This document shows, piece after piece, positions 48,068 through 56,171 of a DNA stretch of 64,000 bases (within the stretch, counting starts at the first letter, position 1; every line of letters begins with the position of its first letter). The notes beneath the pieces are model-generated. The model made no database searches and was not told the DNA's origin. It was given only the letters and a program-made list of their open reading frames with translations. The stretch comes from Bacilli bacterium (lineage in GTDB: Bacteria > Bacillota_I > Bacilli_A > ML615J-28 > CAG-698), in the NCBI GenBank assembly GCA_017962745.1, contig JAGCUR010000018.1, forward strand, positions 127,088 to 191,087, written 5' to 3'. Both the position numbers and the translations under genes were made by a program.

Positions 48068-49438
48068 ATGTATAAAAAAGTAAAAGATTATATCGAAACA
48101 ATAGATGGCATATCTCATACTACCTTTGATCCGCACGGACCAGGAGTAGTAAGGATTCACCTAGTACCACCCGAAAAGATTAAACTCGGTTTAGCTTGGA
48201 CCATTATTTTAAATGGTCAAGATGTAATACCTATTACCTTTGGTTGGGCAGTATTACTGCGTGAATTTATTAATGCTGTTAACAAAAGAAGTGGCGTAGC
48301 TTTAGAAGATGAAGAAATTGCCCATATCATTAATGAAGCAATTGAAGCTGCTAGTAAAGTATTTGATAAGACTAACAAAAAGACCCTTCGTGCCGATTTA
48401 AAACAAATCGTAGAAACATTAACTAAGATTGCAAGAAAAGAAAAGATATCTGAGATAATAGAATATGCACCTTTATCTACATATGCTAAATACATGGCTG
48501 CTCCGCACAGAATGGATTTAATGATTTCCGCCATGAGCAAAAATGGGGCTTGGCATTGTAATCAAAAATGTTTAAATTGTTATGCGGCAGGGCAGATTCA
48601 AGCAAATGTAGAAGAAATTGATACTGAAAGTTGGAAGAAAATTATTGATAAATGCAAAGCTTCCATGATTCCTCAATTAACATTTACTGGTGGAGAGCCT
48701 ACACTAAGATCAGATTTAGTAGAACTTGTTAATTATTCACAGTGGTTTGTAACCCGCCTTAATACTAATGGGCAGCTATTATCTAAAGAGTTATGTGCTA
48801 AGTTATATGAAGCAAGCCTTGATAGTGTTCAAGTAACACTATATTCACATAAAAAAGAAATTCATAACTTTCTAGTTGGCGCCGATGGTTTTGATAAAAC
48901 CATTGAGGGCATTAAAAATGCGATTGATGCTAGGTTAAATGTTAGCATCAATACACCATTATGTGATCTAAATAAAGATTATGTGGATATGGTTAAATAT
49001 GCTCATGAAGTGCTAGGTGTTAATTATTTCACATGTTCTGGTTTAATTTTAACTGGTAATGCTACGGATACTGCTAATTCTAGATTATCTAAAGCAGAAA
49101 TCTTAAATGTTTTAAAAGAAGCTAAAGCGTATACTGATTCAAATAATTGCGAATTATCATTTACATCGCCTGGTTGGATTGATAGCGATATTTTAAGAAA
49201 GATGAAAATGATGGTGCCTTCTTGTGGAGCATGTTCATCAAATATGGCTATTACGCCAAATGGCATGGTAGTACCTTGCCAAAGTTGGCTTTCAGATACC
49301 CCACTTGGTAACATGCTAACTGATGAATGGAAAAAGATTTGGAATAGTAGAAGATGTGTAAAGTTAAGAAAAGAAAATTCTAAAGCTAATGATTTATGTC
49401 CATTAAGCGGTAGAATTGAGGGTGAAGTAAATGAGTAA
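48068..49438 (+). CDS. Radical SAM enzyme with C-terminal SPASM/twitch domain and a 160-aa N-terminal extension
   Basis: CNQKCLNCY (CX3CX2C) at aa about 164 and a GGEPTL SAM motif. The C-terminal Cys-rich region (CSGLIL...SCGACSS...VPCQSW...CVKL...CPLSG) is typical of SPASM auxiliary clusters. Confidence 0.75.
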   Translation: MYKKVKDYIETIDGISHTTFDPHGPGVVRIHLVPPEKIKLGLAWTIILNGQDVIPITFGWAVLLREFINAVNKRSGVALEDEEIAHIINEAIEAASKVFDKTNKKTLRADLKQIVETLTKIARKEKISEIIEYAPLSTYAKYMAAPHRMDLMISAMSKNGAWHCNQKCLNCYAAGQIQANVEEIDTESWKKIIDKCKASMIPQLTFTGGEPTLRSDLVELVNYSQWFVTRLNTNGQLLSKELCAKLYEASLDSVQVTLYSHKKEIHNFLVGADGFDKTIEGIKNAIDARLNVSINTPLCDLNKDYVDMVKYAHEVLGVNYFTCSGLILTGNATDTANSRLSKAEILNVLKEAKAYTDSNNCELSFTSPGWIDSDILRKMKMMVPSCGACSSNMAITPNGMVVPCQSWLSDTPLGNMLTDEWKKIWNSRRCVKLRKENSKANDLCPLSGRIEGEVNE

Positions 49439-50471
49439 TATTAAGAAGTTATTGGTATTTATCATTCTTTCCTTAAGCTTAGTTTTTGCTTTCTCATTTA
49501 GTAAAGTTAAAGCATATAATGATTTAGATCATATTGAATTATATGAGATTAAAGTAACACCCGTTAAAGATGATGGTAGCCTAAATATTGAAATCCATAT
49601 TATTTGGGAAGTATTAGATAGTTATACTGATGGTCCATTAGAATGGATTAAAGTAGGTATACCTAATTACCATGCGAAGGACATTAAAGCATTAAGTGGT
49701 GGAATTAGAAAGATAAAGTATTATTCAGATAGTGGATCATACATTAGAATTGATTTTTCTAATAGCCATTATGAAGGTGAAAAGATTGATATTCGCTTTA
49801 GTTATAATCAATCATACATGTATCATCTAAATGAAGAATATGTGGTTTATGATTATCATCCTGGTTGGTTTGATGATATCAAAGTAGATATGTGTAATCT
49901 TTATTGGGCTAAAGATGGTGTAGATCAAATAGCAGATGGCATAACTACTGCAAGTGGTGTAACATTTAGCGAAGAAGATGGTTATTATAAACTATCTAGT
50001 CCACTAAATTATGGTGGAACGATAAAAATGAGGCTTCGCTATGCTAATAATTACTTTAGTGAACTTGATCCAAAGAAAGAATATACTGATAAATATGTTA
50101 AACCAGTAACTATTATTTTAATTGTAGCAGCAATTGTTACCTTTTTAGCAATAGTAATTGCTCTATATTACTATCAAAAGAATAATCAAGATCCATATAT
50201 GAATGAAAGAGGATTTTGTACAGGTTATTACCATTGGTATTTATTTGGTAGACCTCACCATTATTATGGAAAAACAGTTAATAGTAAAGGTGCAAGAATC
50301 GTAAATCCATCTTCTAGCAGTGGAAGCCATGGTGGATTTAGCGGTGGTGGCGGCTGTGCTTGTGCATGTGCTTGCGCATGCGCTGGTGGCGGAAGAGCTG
50401 GATGCTCGAAAAAAGACTTTTACAATACTAACTTGTCAAGCGAAAAAGTATTAAAAGAGTTAGAAAAGTAA
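49431..50471 (+). CDS. DUF2207-like membrane protein with cytoplasmic Gly/Cys-Ala repeat tail
   Basis: Signal peptide, extracytoplasmic beta-rich domain and one TM helix. Cytoplasmic tail ...SSSSGSHGGFSGGGGCACACACACAGGGRAGCS. Overlaps the rSAM gene by 8 bp. Confidence 0.5.
   Translation: MSNIKKLLVFIILSLSLVFAFSFSKVKAYNDLDHIELYEIKVTPVKDDGSLNIEIHIIWEVLDSYTDGPLEWIKVGIPNYHAKDIKALSGGIRKIKYYSDSGSYIRIDFSNSHYEGEKIDIRFSYNQSYMYHLNEEYVVYDYHPGWFDDIKVDMCNLYWAKDGVDQIADGITTASGVTFSEEDGYYKLSSPLNYGGTIKMRLRYANNYFSELDPKKEYTDKYVKPVTIILIVAAIVTFLAIVIALYYYQKNNQDPYMNERGFCTGYYHWYLFGRPHHYYGKTVNSKGARIVNPSSSSGSHGGFSGGGGCACACACACAGGGRAGCSKKDFYNTNLSSEKVLKELEK
50355..50384 (+). repeat. Hexanucleotide (TGY-GCW)x5 in-frame microsatellite encoding (Cys-Ala)5
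   Basis: The sequence tgtgcttgtgcatgtgcttgcgcatgcgct lies within the 49431 ORF. Confidence 0.8.
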
Positions 50472-50488
50472 AGAATTATTCTTAAATG

Positions 50489-50513
50489 AGGAGCCCTAGG
50501 CTCCTTTTTTTTT
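50489..50513 (+). terminator. Rho-independent terminator
   Basis: aggagcc-ctag-ggctcct hairpin followed by T9. Confidence 0.7.
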
Positions 50514-50682
50514 GAAAACGAAAGAAAATGTTTTCTTATTATTGTTTATATCTTTTTAACTAAACATATATTTAGTAGTTCTTATATCCATTATTTATTA
50601 ATTAATAGTTTATAAACACTAAACATATATTTTCATAACCTCTATTTTTACTATGTTATAATTATTAAATATTATTAATATA

Positions 50683-50857
50683 TTTCCAGAAAGATATAGA
50701 TTTCAAATGAATGTGGATGAAATAGAATATTTATCGAGGTCAAAAAATTTGACCTCGATAATGCAAACAACTGGTATAAAGGGTGGCCGTGTTTATTTGC
50801 CATATGCTTTTACTGAACAAGGTATTTATATGTTGAAGAGAGGGGAAGAGAATAATG
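50683..50857 (+). pseudogene. 5'-truncated ORF6N-domain gene copy (first unit of tandem array)
   Basis: Translates as FPERYRFQ...GGRVYLPYAFTEQGIYMLKRGEENNG*, matching the C-terminal half of the next two ORF6N genes. No upstream start. Confidence 0.55.
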
Positions 50858-51199
50858 GATAATAAAGATATAGAAATCATAGAATTAAACAATGAATCAA
50901 TTGAGAAAATGATTTATGTTATTAGGGGCAAGAAAGTAATGCTAGATTTTGATTTAGCTAGAATATATGGTTTTGACACTAAAAGATTAAATGAGCAAGT
51001 AAAAAGAAATATAAGTAAGTTTCCAGAAAGATATAGGTTTCAGCTGACATTATACGAAGTGGATTATTTGGTGAGGTCGCAAAATGCGACCTCACGAATT
51101 TGGCCAATGACTAATGAAGGTGGCAGAAGATATTTGCCATATGCATTTACAGAACAAGGTATTTATATGTTGAAGAGAGGAGAAGAGAATAATGGATAA
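50855..51199 (+). CDS. ORF6N-domain protein (short copy, ORF6N domain only)
   Basis: VMLDFDLARIYG...NEQVKRN..FPERYRF...RYLPYAFTEQG is typical of the ORF6N/KilA-N-like family. About 97% DNA identity with the start of the next gene over about 170 bp. Confidence 0.6.
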   Translation: MDNKDIEIIELNNESIEKMIYVIRGKKVMLDFDLARIYGFDTKRLNEQVKRNISKFPERYRFQLTLYEVDYLVRSQNATSRIWPMTNEGGRRYLPYAFTEQGIYMLKRGEENNG

Positions 51200-52130
51200 T
51201 AAAGAAATAGAAATCATAGAATTAAACAATGAATCAATTGAGAAAATGATTTATGTTATTAGAGACAAGAAAGTAATGCTAGATTTTGATTTAGCTAGAA
51301 TATATGGATATGAAACAAGAAGATTTAATGAACAAGTAAAAAGAAATATTGATAAATTTCCAGAACGATATCGATTTAAGTTGAACCAATTCGAGATTGA
51401 TTCAATCTTGAAGTCGCATTTTGCGACATCAAGTTGGGGCGGCACTAGAAAGCTTCCTTATGCATTCACAGAACAAGGTATTTATATGTTAATGACTGTA
51501 TTAAAAGGAGATTTAGCCACTAAACAATCTATTGCATTAATTGATGCTTTTAAAAATATGAAAGATTATATTATTGAAAACAATGGATTACTATTAAATA
51601 CTAATACTTATATAGAATCAAAGTTTGCTTCATATGATAAAAGATTTGAAGTAATTGAAAATAAAATAGATATAGTTATGGATAACTTTATAGATCCATC
51701 TAGTTATAAACATTATTTAATACTAAATGGTCAAAGGATTGAATCAGATATTGCTTGTCAATCTATTTATAAATTAGCTAAATATTCTTTAATAATAATT
51801 GATAATTATATAGATATAAAAACATTACAGTTATTAAAAGTATGTAATAAAGATATAAATATAATAATTATAAGTGATAATGTATTAAGACTAGGTAATA
51901 GTTTTATTAATGATTTTAAAAAAGATACTAATATTAATATAATAATAAAACCAAATAATAATTTATTTCATGATAGATATATTATTATAGACTATGATAA
52001 TAATGATAATTATCAAATATATCATTGTGGATCATCTAGTAAAGATGGAGGGAATAAGATATCTACTATTATGAAAATAGAAGATAAGATGATGTATAAA
52101 AAGATCATTGATAAAATGATAATTATATAA
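51192..52130 (+). CDS. ORF6N-domain protein with C-terminal domain shared with the RhuM protein at 12217 (HxR-x4-D PLD-like motif)
   Basis: N-terminal ORF6N domain. The C-terminal 140 aa, LIIIDNYID...HDRYIIIDYDNNDNYQIYHCGSSSKDGG, are homologous to the RhuM gene tail. Extremely AT-rich 3' half. Confidence 0.65.
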   Translation: MDNKEIEIIELNNESIEKMIYVIRDKKVMLDFDLARIYGYETRRFNEQVKRNIDKFPERYRFKLNQFEIDSILKSHFATSSWGGTRKLPYAFTEQGIYMLMTVLKGDLATKQSIALIDAFKNMKDYIIENNGLLLNTNTYIESKFASYDKRFEVIENKIDIVMDNFIDPSSYKHYLILNGQRIESDIACQSIYKLAKYSLIIIDNYIDIKTLQLLKVCNKDINIIIISDNVLRLGNSFINDFKKDTNINIIIKPNNNLFHDRYIIIDYDNNDNYQIYHCGSSSKDGGNKISTIMKIEDKMMYKKIIDKMIII

Positions 52131-52223
52131 TAGGCGAAGAATAATTTATAATGTCATATTAATTGCTATCTTTTGTATTTTATTATATACTCTAATAGGA
52201 ATAAATATAAAGGAGGCCTTATT

Positions 52224-53801
52224 ATGGCAAAGAAACCAATTTTATTAGTTGTTATGGATGGTGTTGGCTTTTCCAAAACTGGCTTAGGCGATGCAGTTAG
52301 TTTAGCTAATACTCCTACACTTGATTATTTGCTTGCAAATTATCCAAATGTTAGATTAAAAGCACATGGTAGTGCTGTTGGTCTACCTAGTGATGATGAT
52401 ATGGGAAATAGTGAAGTTGGACATAATGCTATTGGATGTGGACAAATATATTCACAAGGTGCAAAACTAGTAAATGAATCAATCGAAAGTGGTAAGATGT
52501 TTAAATCTAACGCTTGGGCTGAAGTTGTAAATAACGTTAAAGAACATGATTCTACATTACACTTTATCGGTTTACTATCTGATGGTAATGTTCATTCAAA
52601 CATTTCTCATTTAATTGCGATGCTCAAAGCAGCTAAAAATGATGGTGTTAAAGAAGTAAGAATTCATATTTTACTTGATGGTAGAGATGTTCCGGCTACA
52701 TCTGCTCTAATTTATGTAGATCAATTAGAAAATGCTTTAAAAGAATTAAATGATTCTTCATTTAATGGCTTAATTGCATCAGGTGGCGGTAGAATGAAGA
52801 TCACTATGGACCGTTATCAAGCAAATTGGAAGATGGTTGAAGAAGGCTGGAAAACTCATGTACAAGGCGAGGGTAGATTCTTTCCTTCTGCTACATCAGC
52901 TATAACTACATACCGTGAAGAAAATCCTGGTGTTATTGACCAAGATTTACCAGCATTTGTCATTGGCAAAGAAAATGCCCCAGTTGGTAAGATGCATGAT
53001 AATGATTCAGTAATCTTATTTAACTTTAGAGGTGACCGTGCAATTGAGTTATCAATGGCATTTGATCAAGATGGCTTTAATAAATTTAATAAAGCATATA
53101 ATCCTAAAGTTGTTTATGCTGGATTACTTCAATACGATGGTGATTTACAATTACCTAAACGTTTCTTAGTAGCTCCACCAGAAATCCATAATACTCTAAC
53201 CGAAGTAATGGTTGAAAATGGTGTTAATGAATTCGCTATTAGCGAAACGCAAAAATATGGTCATGTAACATATTTCTGGAATGGTAATAGAACCGAAAAG
53301 TTTAGCCAAGAACTTGAAACTTATGTAGAGATACCATCAGATAAAGTATCATTTGATGAAAGACCTTGGATGAAATCAGCAGAAATCACTGATAGATTAA
53401 TTGAAGAATTAAAGAGTCATAAATATGGTTTCTTAAGAGTTAATTTCCCTAATGGTGATATGGTTGGTCATACTGGTAGCTTACCAGCTACTATTTGCTC
53501 AATGGAAGCACTAGATTTAGCTTTAGCAAGATTACTTGCGGTTGCTAAAAAAGAAGGTTATACGATGTTAGTTACAGCCGATCATGGTAATGCGGATGAA
53601 ATGTTAGAAAAGAACAAAAAAGGTGAAATCACAGTTAGAACTGCACATTCACTAAACCCTGTTCCATTTATTATTGTGGATGATGATAATAAATATGAAT
53701 TTGTAGAAGGTAATTACGGCCTAGCTAACATCGCTCCAACTGTTGTTAAGATGATGGGATTTAAGATTCCAGCTTCTTGGGAAAAACCAATGATTAAATA
53801 A
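52224..53801 (+). CDS. gpmI: 2,3-bisphosphoglycerate-independent phosphoglycerate mutase
   Basis: KKPILLVVMDGVG start and metal-binding motifs (DGRD, ADHGN). Start moved to the ATG after the AAAGGAGG RBS. Confidence 0.9.
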   Translation: MAKKPILLVVMDGVGFSKTGLGDAVSLANTPTLDYLLANYPNVRLKAHGSAVGLPSDDDMGNSEVGHNAIGCGQIYSQGAKLVNESIESGKMFKSNAWAEVVNNVKEHDSTLHFIGLLSDGNVHSNISHLIAMLKAAKNDGVKEVRIHILLDGRDVPATSALIYVDQLENALKELNDSSFNGLIASGGGRMKITMDRYQANWKMVEEGWKTHVQGEGRFFPSATSAITTYREENPGVIDQDLPAFVIGKENAPVGKMHDNDSVILFNFRGDRAIELSMAFDQDGFNKFNKAYNPKVVYAGLLQYDGDLQLPKRFLVAPPEIHNTLTEVMVENGVNEFAISETQKYGHVTYFWNGNRTEKFSQELETYVEIPSDKVSFDERPWMKSAEITDRLIEELKSHKYGFLRVNFPNGDMVGHTGSLPATICSMEALDLALARLLAVAKKEGYTMLVTADHGNADEMLEKNKKGEITVRTAHSLNPVPFIIVDDDNKYEFVEGNYGLANIAPTVVKMMGFKIPASWEKPMIK

Positions 53802-53810
53802 ATAAAGTAA

Positions 53811-53841
53811 AGCATTAATGAAATCATTAATGCTTTTTTTA
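53811..53841 (+). terminator. Rho-independent terminator after gpmI
   Basis: agcattaatg-aaat-cattaatgct perfect 10-bp hairpin followed by T7. Confidence 0.7.
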
Positions 53842-53898
53842 TTTTCTATTTTAAAAAATCATTTATATTGTATAATGATATTATAGATGGAGGAAATT

Positions 53899-54411
53899 AT
53901 GGATTTTTTAGAGTTGGCTAAAAGTAGATATAGCTGTAGAAGATTTAGTGATAGACAAGTAGAAGATGAAAAGATTGAAAAATTATTAGAAGCAGCCCGC
54001 TTAGCGCCAACTGCTGTTAATTTTCAACCTCAAAGAATTATTGTAGTTAAAAGTGATGAAGCATTAAATAAACTAAAAAAGGGTATTAGTCCTAATCTTA
54101 ACCCAACGCTAGCCTTTATCATCAGTTATGATAAAAATGCTTGTTGGGTTAGAGAATATGATGGGGCATCTAGCGGTGAAGTTGATGCTTCGATTGTTGC
54201 GACACATGTTATGTTAGAAGCAGCAAACCTTGGTCTTGGTTCTACATGGGTTATGCATTTTAATCCTTTTGTTGTTGAAGAAGAATTTGAGCTAGAAGAT
54301 AACATTATCCCTGTTGTGGTGTTAGTTATGGGTTACCCGGCAGTTGATGCAGCCCCATCTGCTAATCACACTAAAAGAAAAGATATAAATGAGATATCAA
54401 AAATATTATAA
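53899..54411 (+). CDS. Nitroreductase-family flavoprotein
   Basis: RYSCRRF..R motif and LAPTAVNFQP typical of the NfsB/NADH-oxidase nitroreductase fold. Start set after the GGAGG RBS. Confidence 0.7.
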   Translation: MDFLELAKSRYSCRRFSDRQVEDEKIEKLLEAARLAPTAVNFQPQRIIVVKSDEALNKLKKGISPNLNPTLAFIISYDKNACWVREYDGASSGEVDASIVATHVMLEAANLGLGSTWVMHFNPFVVEEEFELEDNIIPVVVLVMGYPAVDAAPSANHTKRKDINEISKIL

Positions 54412-54438
54412 AGATGAATCAAGTGATTCATCTTTTTT
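54412..54438 (+). terminator. Rho-independent terminator
   Basis: agatgaatc-aagt-gattcatct hairpin followed by T6. Confidence 0.65.
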
Positions 54439-54521
54439 AATTTACAACTAGTTTAATGGTGTATAGTATTAATAAAAGTGATAGATATTTGATTAAAAAA
54501 AGAGTATAATGTTTATAGAGT

Positions 54522-55220
54522 GTGCAAGAAATGAGTAAAGGAAAACGCAAATCTAAAGGTTATTTCAAAAAATACTTATTTTATGATATTCATAAAGTAT
54601 TGTATCTATTTCCTTGGTTACTATATTATCGACCTAAAAAATTACTTATTAGCGATAAAGCAACAAAGAATATTAAAGGTGGAGCATTAGTTTGCTTAAA
54701 CCACCAAAGCACAGCTGATATTCCGCGCATCCAAGCGATTAACCCTTGGAGGCGTAATCATATCATTGCCGGGGAGATTGCTTTTACTAGTAAAATAGGT
54801 TCGTTTTTCTTAAAACTTTTTTTAGCAGTGCCAATCGACCGTGAGGCATTTTCTTATGGTCAGTTTAGAGATATTGTAAATTTACTAAAAGATGGTAGAC
54901 TTGTTAATATTTTTTGTGAAGGACATATGAATTATGTCCCTCACACAATCGATGAGGTTAAAGAGGGACCAATTCTAATGGCTCTAAGTGCTAAAGTGCC
55001 CGTTTATCCCGTTTATATCTTACCTAAACATAGTCGCATTGAAAGGTTAAGAATAGCATACGGGGAAGCTATTGACTTTACTGCTTTAGGGTATGATCGT
55101 CATCACCTTCAAGAAGCAGCCGCTTACTTAAGGGCAAGACTAGAAGAATTGATGCATCTAGCTGAGGCTGATTATCAAAAAACAAGAAGTTATAAAAGAA
55201 GAAAGAAGGATAATTTATAA
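54522..55220 (+). CDS. plsC: 1-acyl-sn-glycerol-3-phosphate acyltransferase
   Basis: NHQSTAD (HX4D) acyltransferase motif and a FCEGH motif III-like region. 232 aa. Confidence 0.75.
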   Translation: MQEMSKGKRKSKGYFKKYLFYDIHKVLYLFPWLLYYRPKKLLISDKATKNIKGGALVCLNHQSTADIPRIQAINPWRRNHIIAGEIAFTSKIGSFFLKLFLAVPIDREAFSYGQFRDIVNLLKDGRLVNIFCEGHMNYVPHTIDEVKEGPILMALSAKVPVYPVYILPKHSRIERLRIAYGEAIDFTALGYDRHHLQEAAAYLRARLEELMHLAEADYQKTRSYKRRKKDNL

Positions 55221-56161
55221 TGAAAGATTTCAAAATTGTATCAGATACTACCTGTGATTTATCAAAAGAAGTATTAAATGACTTTAATATTGAAATGATT
55301 AAAGCTCATTTCATGGATAAAGATGGTGTTGATAAATATTCATTCACGGATTGGAGTGAATGTGATTATTATGCTTCAAGTAATGATTTTTATAAAGCGT
55401 TGAAAGCAAATCCGAGCGCATTTGCTTCATCTGCTCCTAATATTGAAGAAATCAAAAACTTCATGATTGATATCATTAAAGATGGCACAGGCTGCCTTGC
55501 TATTGCTATGAGTGGAGCAATGAGTGGATCTTATAATAATTATTTAAATGCGAAAAAAGAAGTATTAAAAGAATATCCTGATGCTCATATCGAAGTCTTT
55601 GATAGTCTTAGATTTGGTGCTGGCCTTGGTTTAATGTTAGTATGGGCTTCAATTTTAAGAAGTGAAGGTAAATCTTTAGATGAAGTTATTGCTTTCTTAA
55701 AAGAAAATAGAGATTGTTTCCACCAAATGGGTTGGTTAGATGATTTAAGCTTTGTAGCTAAAAAAGGTAGAATCACCCATGCGAAAGCATTCTTTGGCAC
55801 ATTAATTGGTATTAAACCATTAGGTGATTTTGACCAAAACGGTATGACTACCGTTTTAGGTAAAGCTAAAGGTGAAAAAGCAGCATATGAAGCTATTATT
55901 GAATATATTAAACAAACAGTAGTTGATCCAGAAAACCAAATTATGTTTGTTAGCCATTCTAATCGTGAAAAGTGTGCTTTAATCTTAAAAGATATGGTTG
56001 AAAAAGAGTTTAAACCTAAGAAGTTATACTTTATTGAAACTGGTCCTAGCTGCGGAATAAATGTAGGTCCTGGCTTAAATGCTGTATATTATTTTGGCGC
56101 TAAAGCTAGTAAAGATTTAGTTCAAGAAAAAGAATTAATGGAAAAGATTTTAGTAAAATAG
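55220..56161 (+). CDS. DegV-family fatty-acid-binding protein (FakB-like)
   Basis: MKDFKIVSDTTCDL start typical of DegV. 313 aa. Confidence 0.8.
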   Translation: MKDFKIVSDTTCDLSKEVLNDFNIEMIKAHFMDKDGVDKYSFTDWSECDYYASSNDFYKALKANPSAFASSAPNIEEIKNFMIDIIKDGTGCLAIAMSGAMSGSYNNYLNAKKEVLKEYPDAHIEVFDSLRFGAGLGLMLVWASILRSEGKSLDEVIAFLKENRDCFHQMGWLDDLSFVAKKGRITHAKAFFGTLIGIKPLGDFDQNGMTTVLGKAKGEKAAYEAIIEYIKQTVVDPENQIMFVSHSNREKCALILKDMVEKEFKPKKLYFIETGPSCGINVGPGLNAVYYFGAKASKDLVQEKELMEKILVK

Positions 56162-56171
56162 AAGATAGTCT

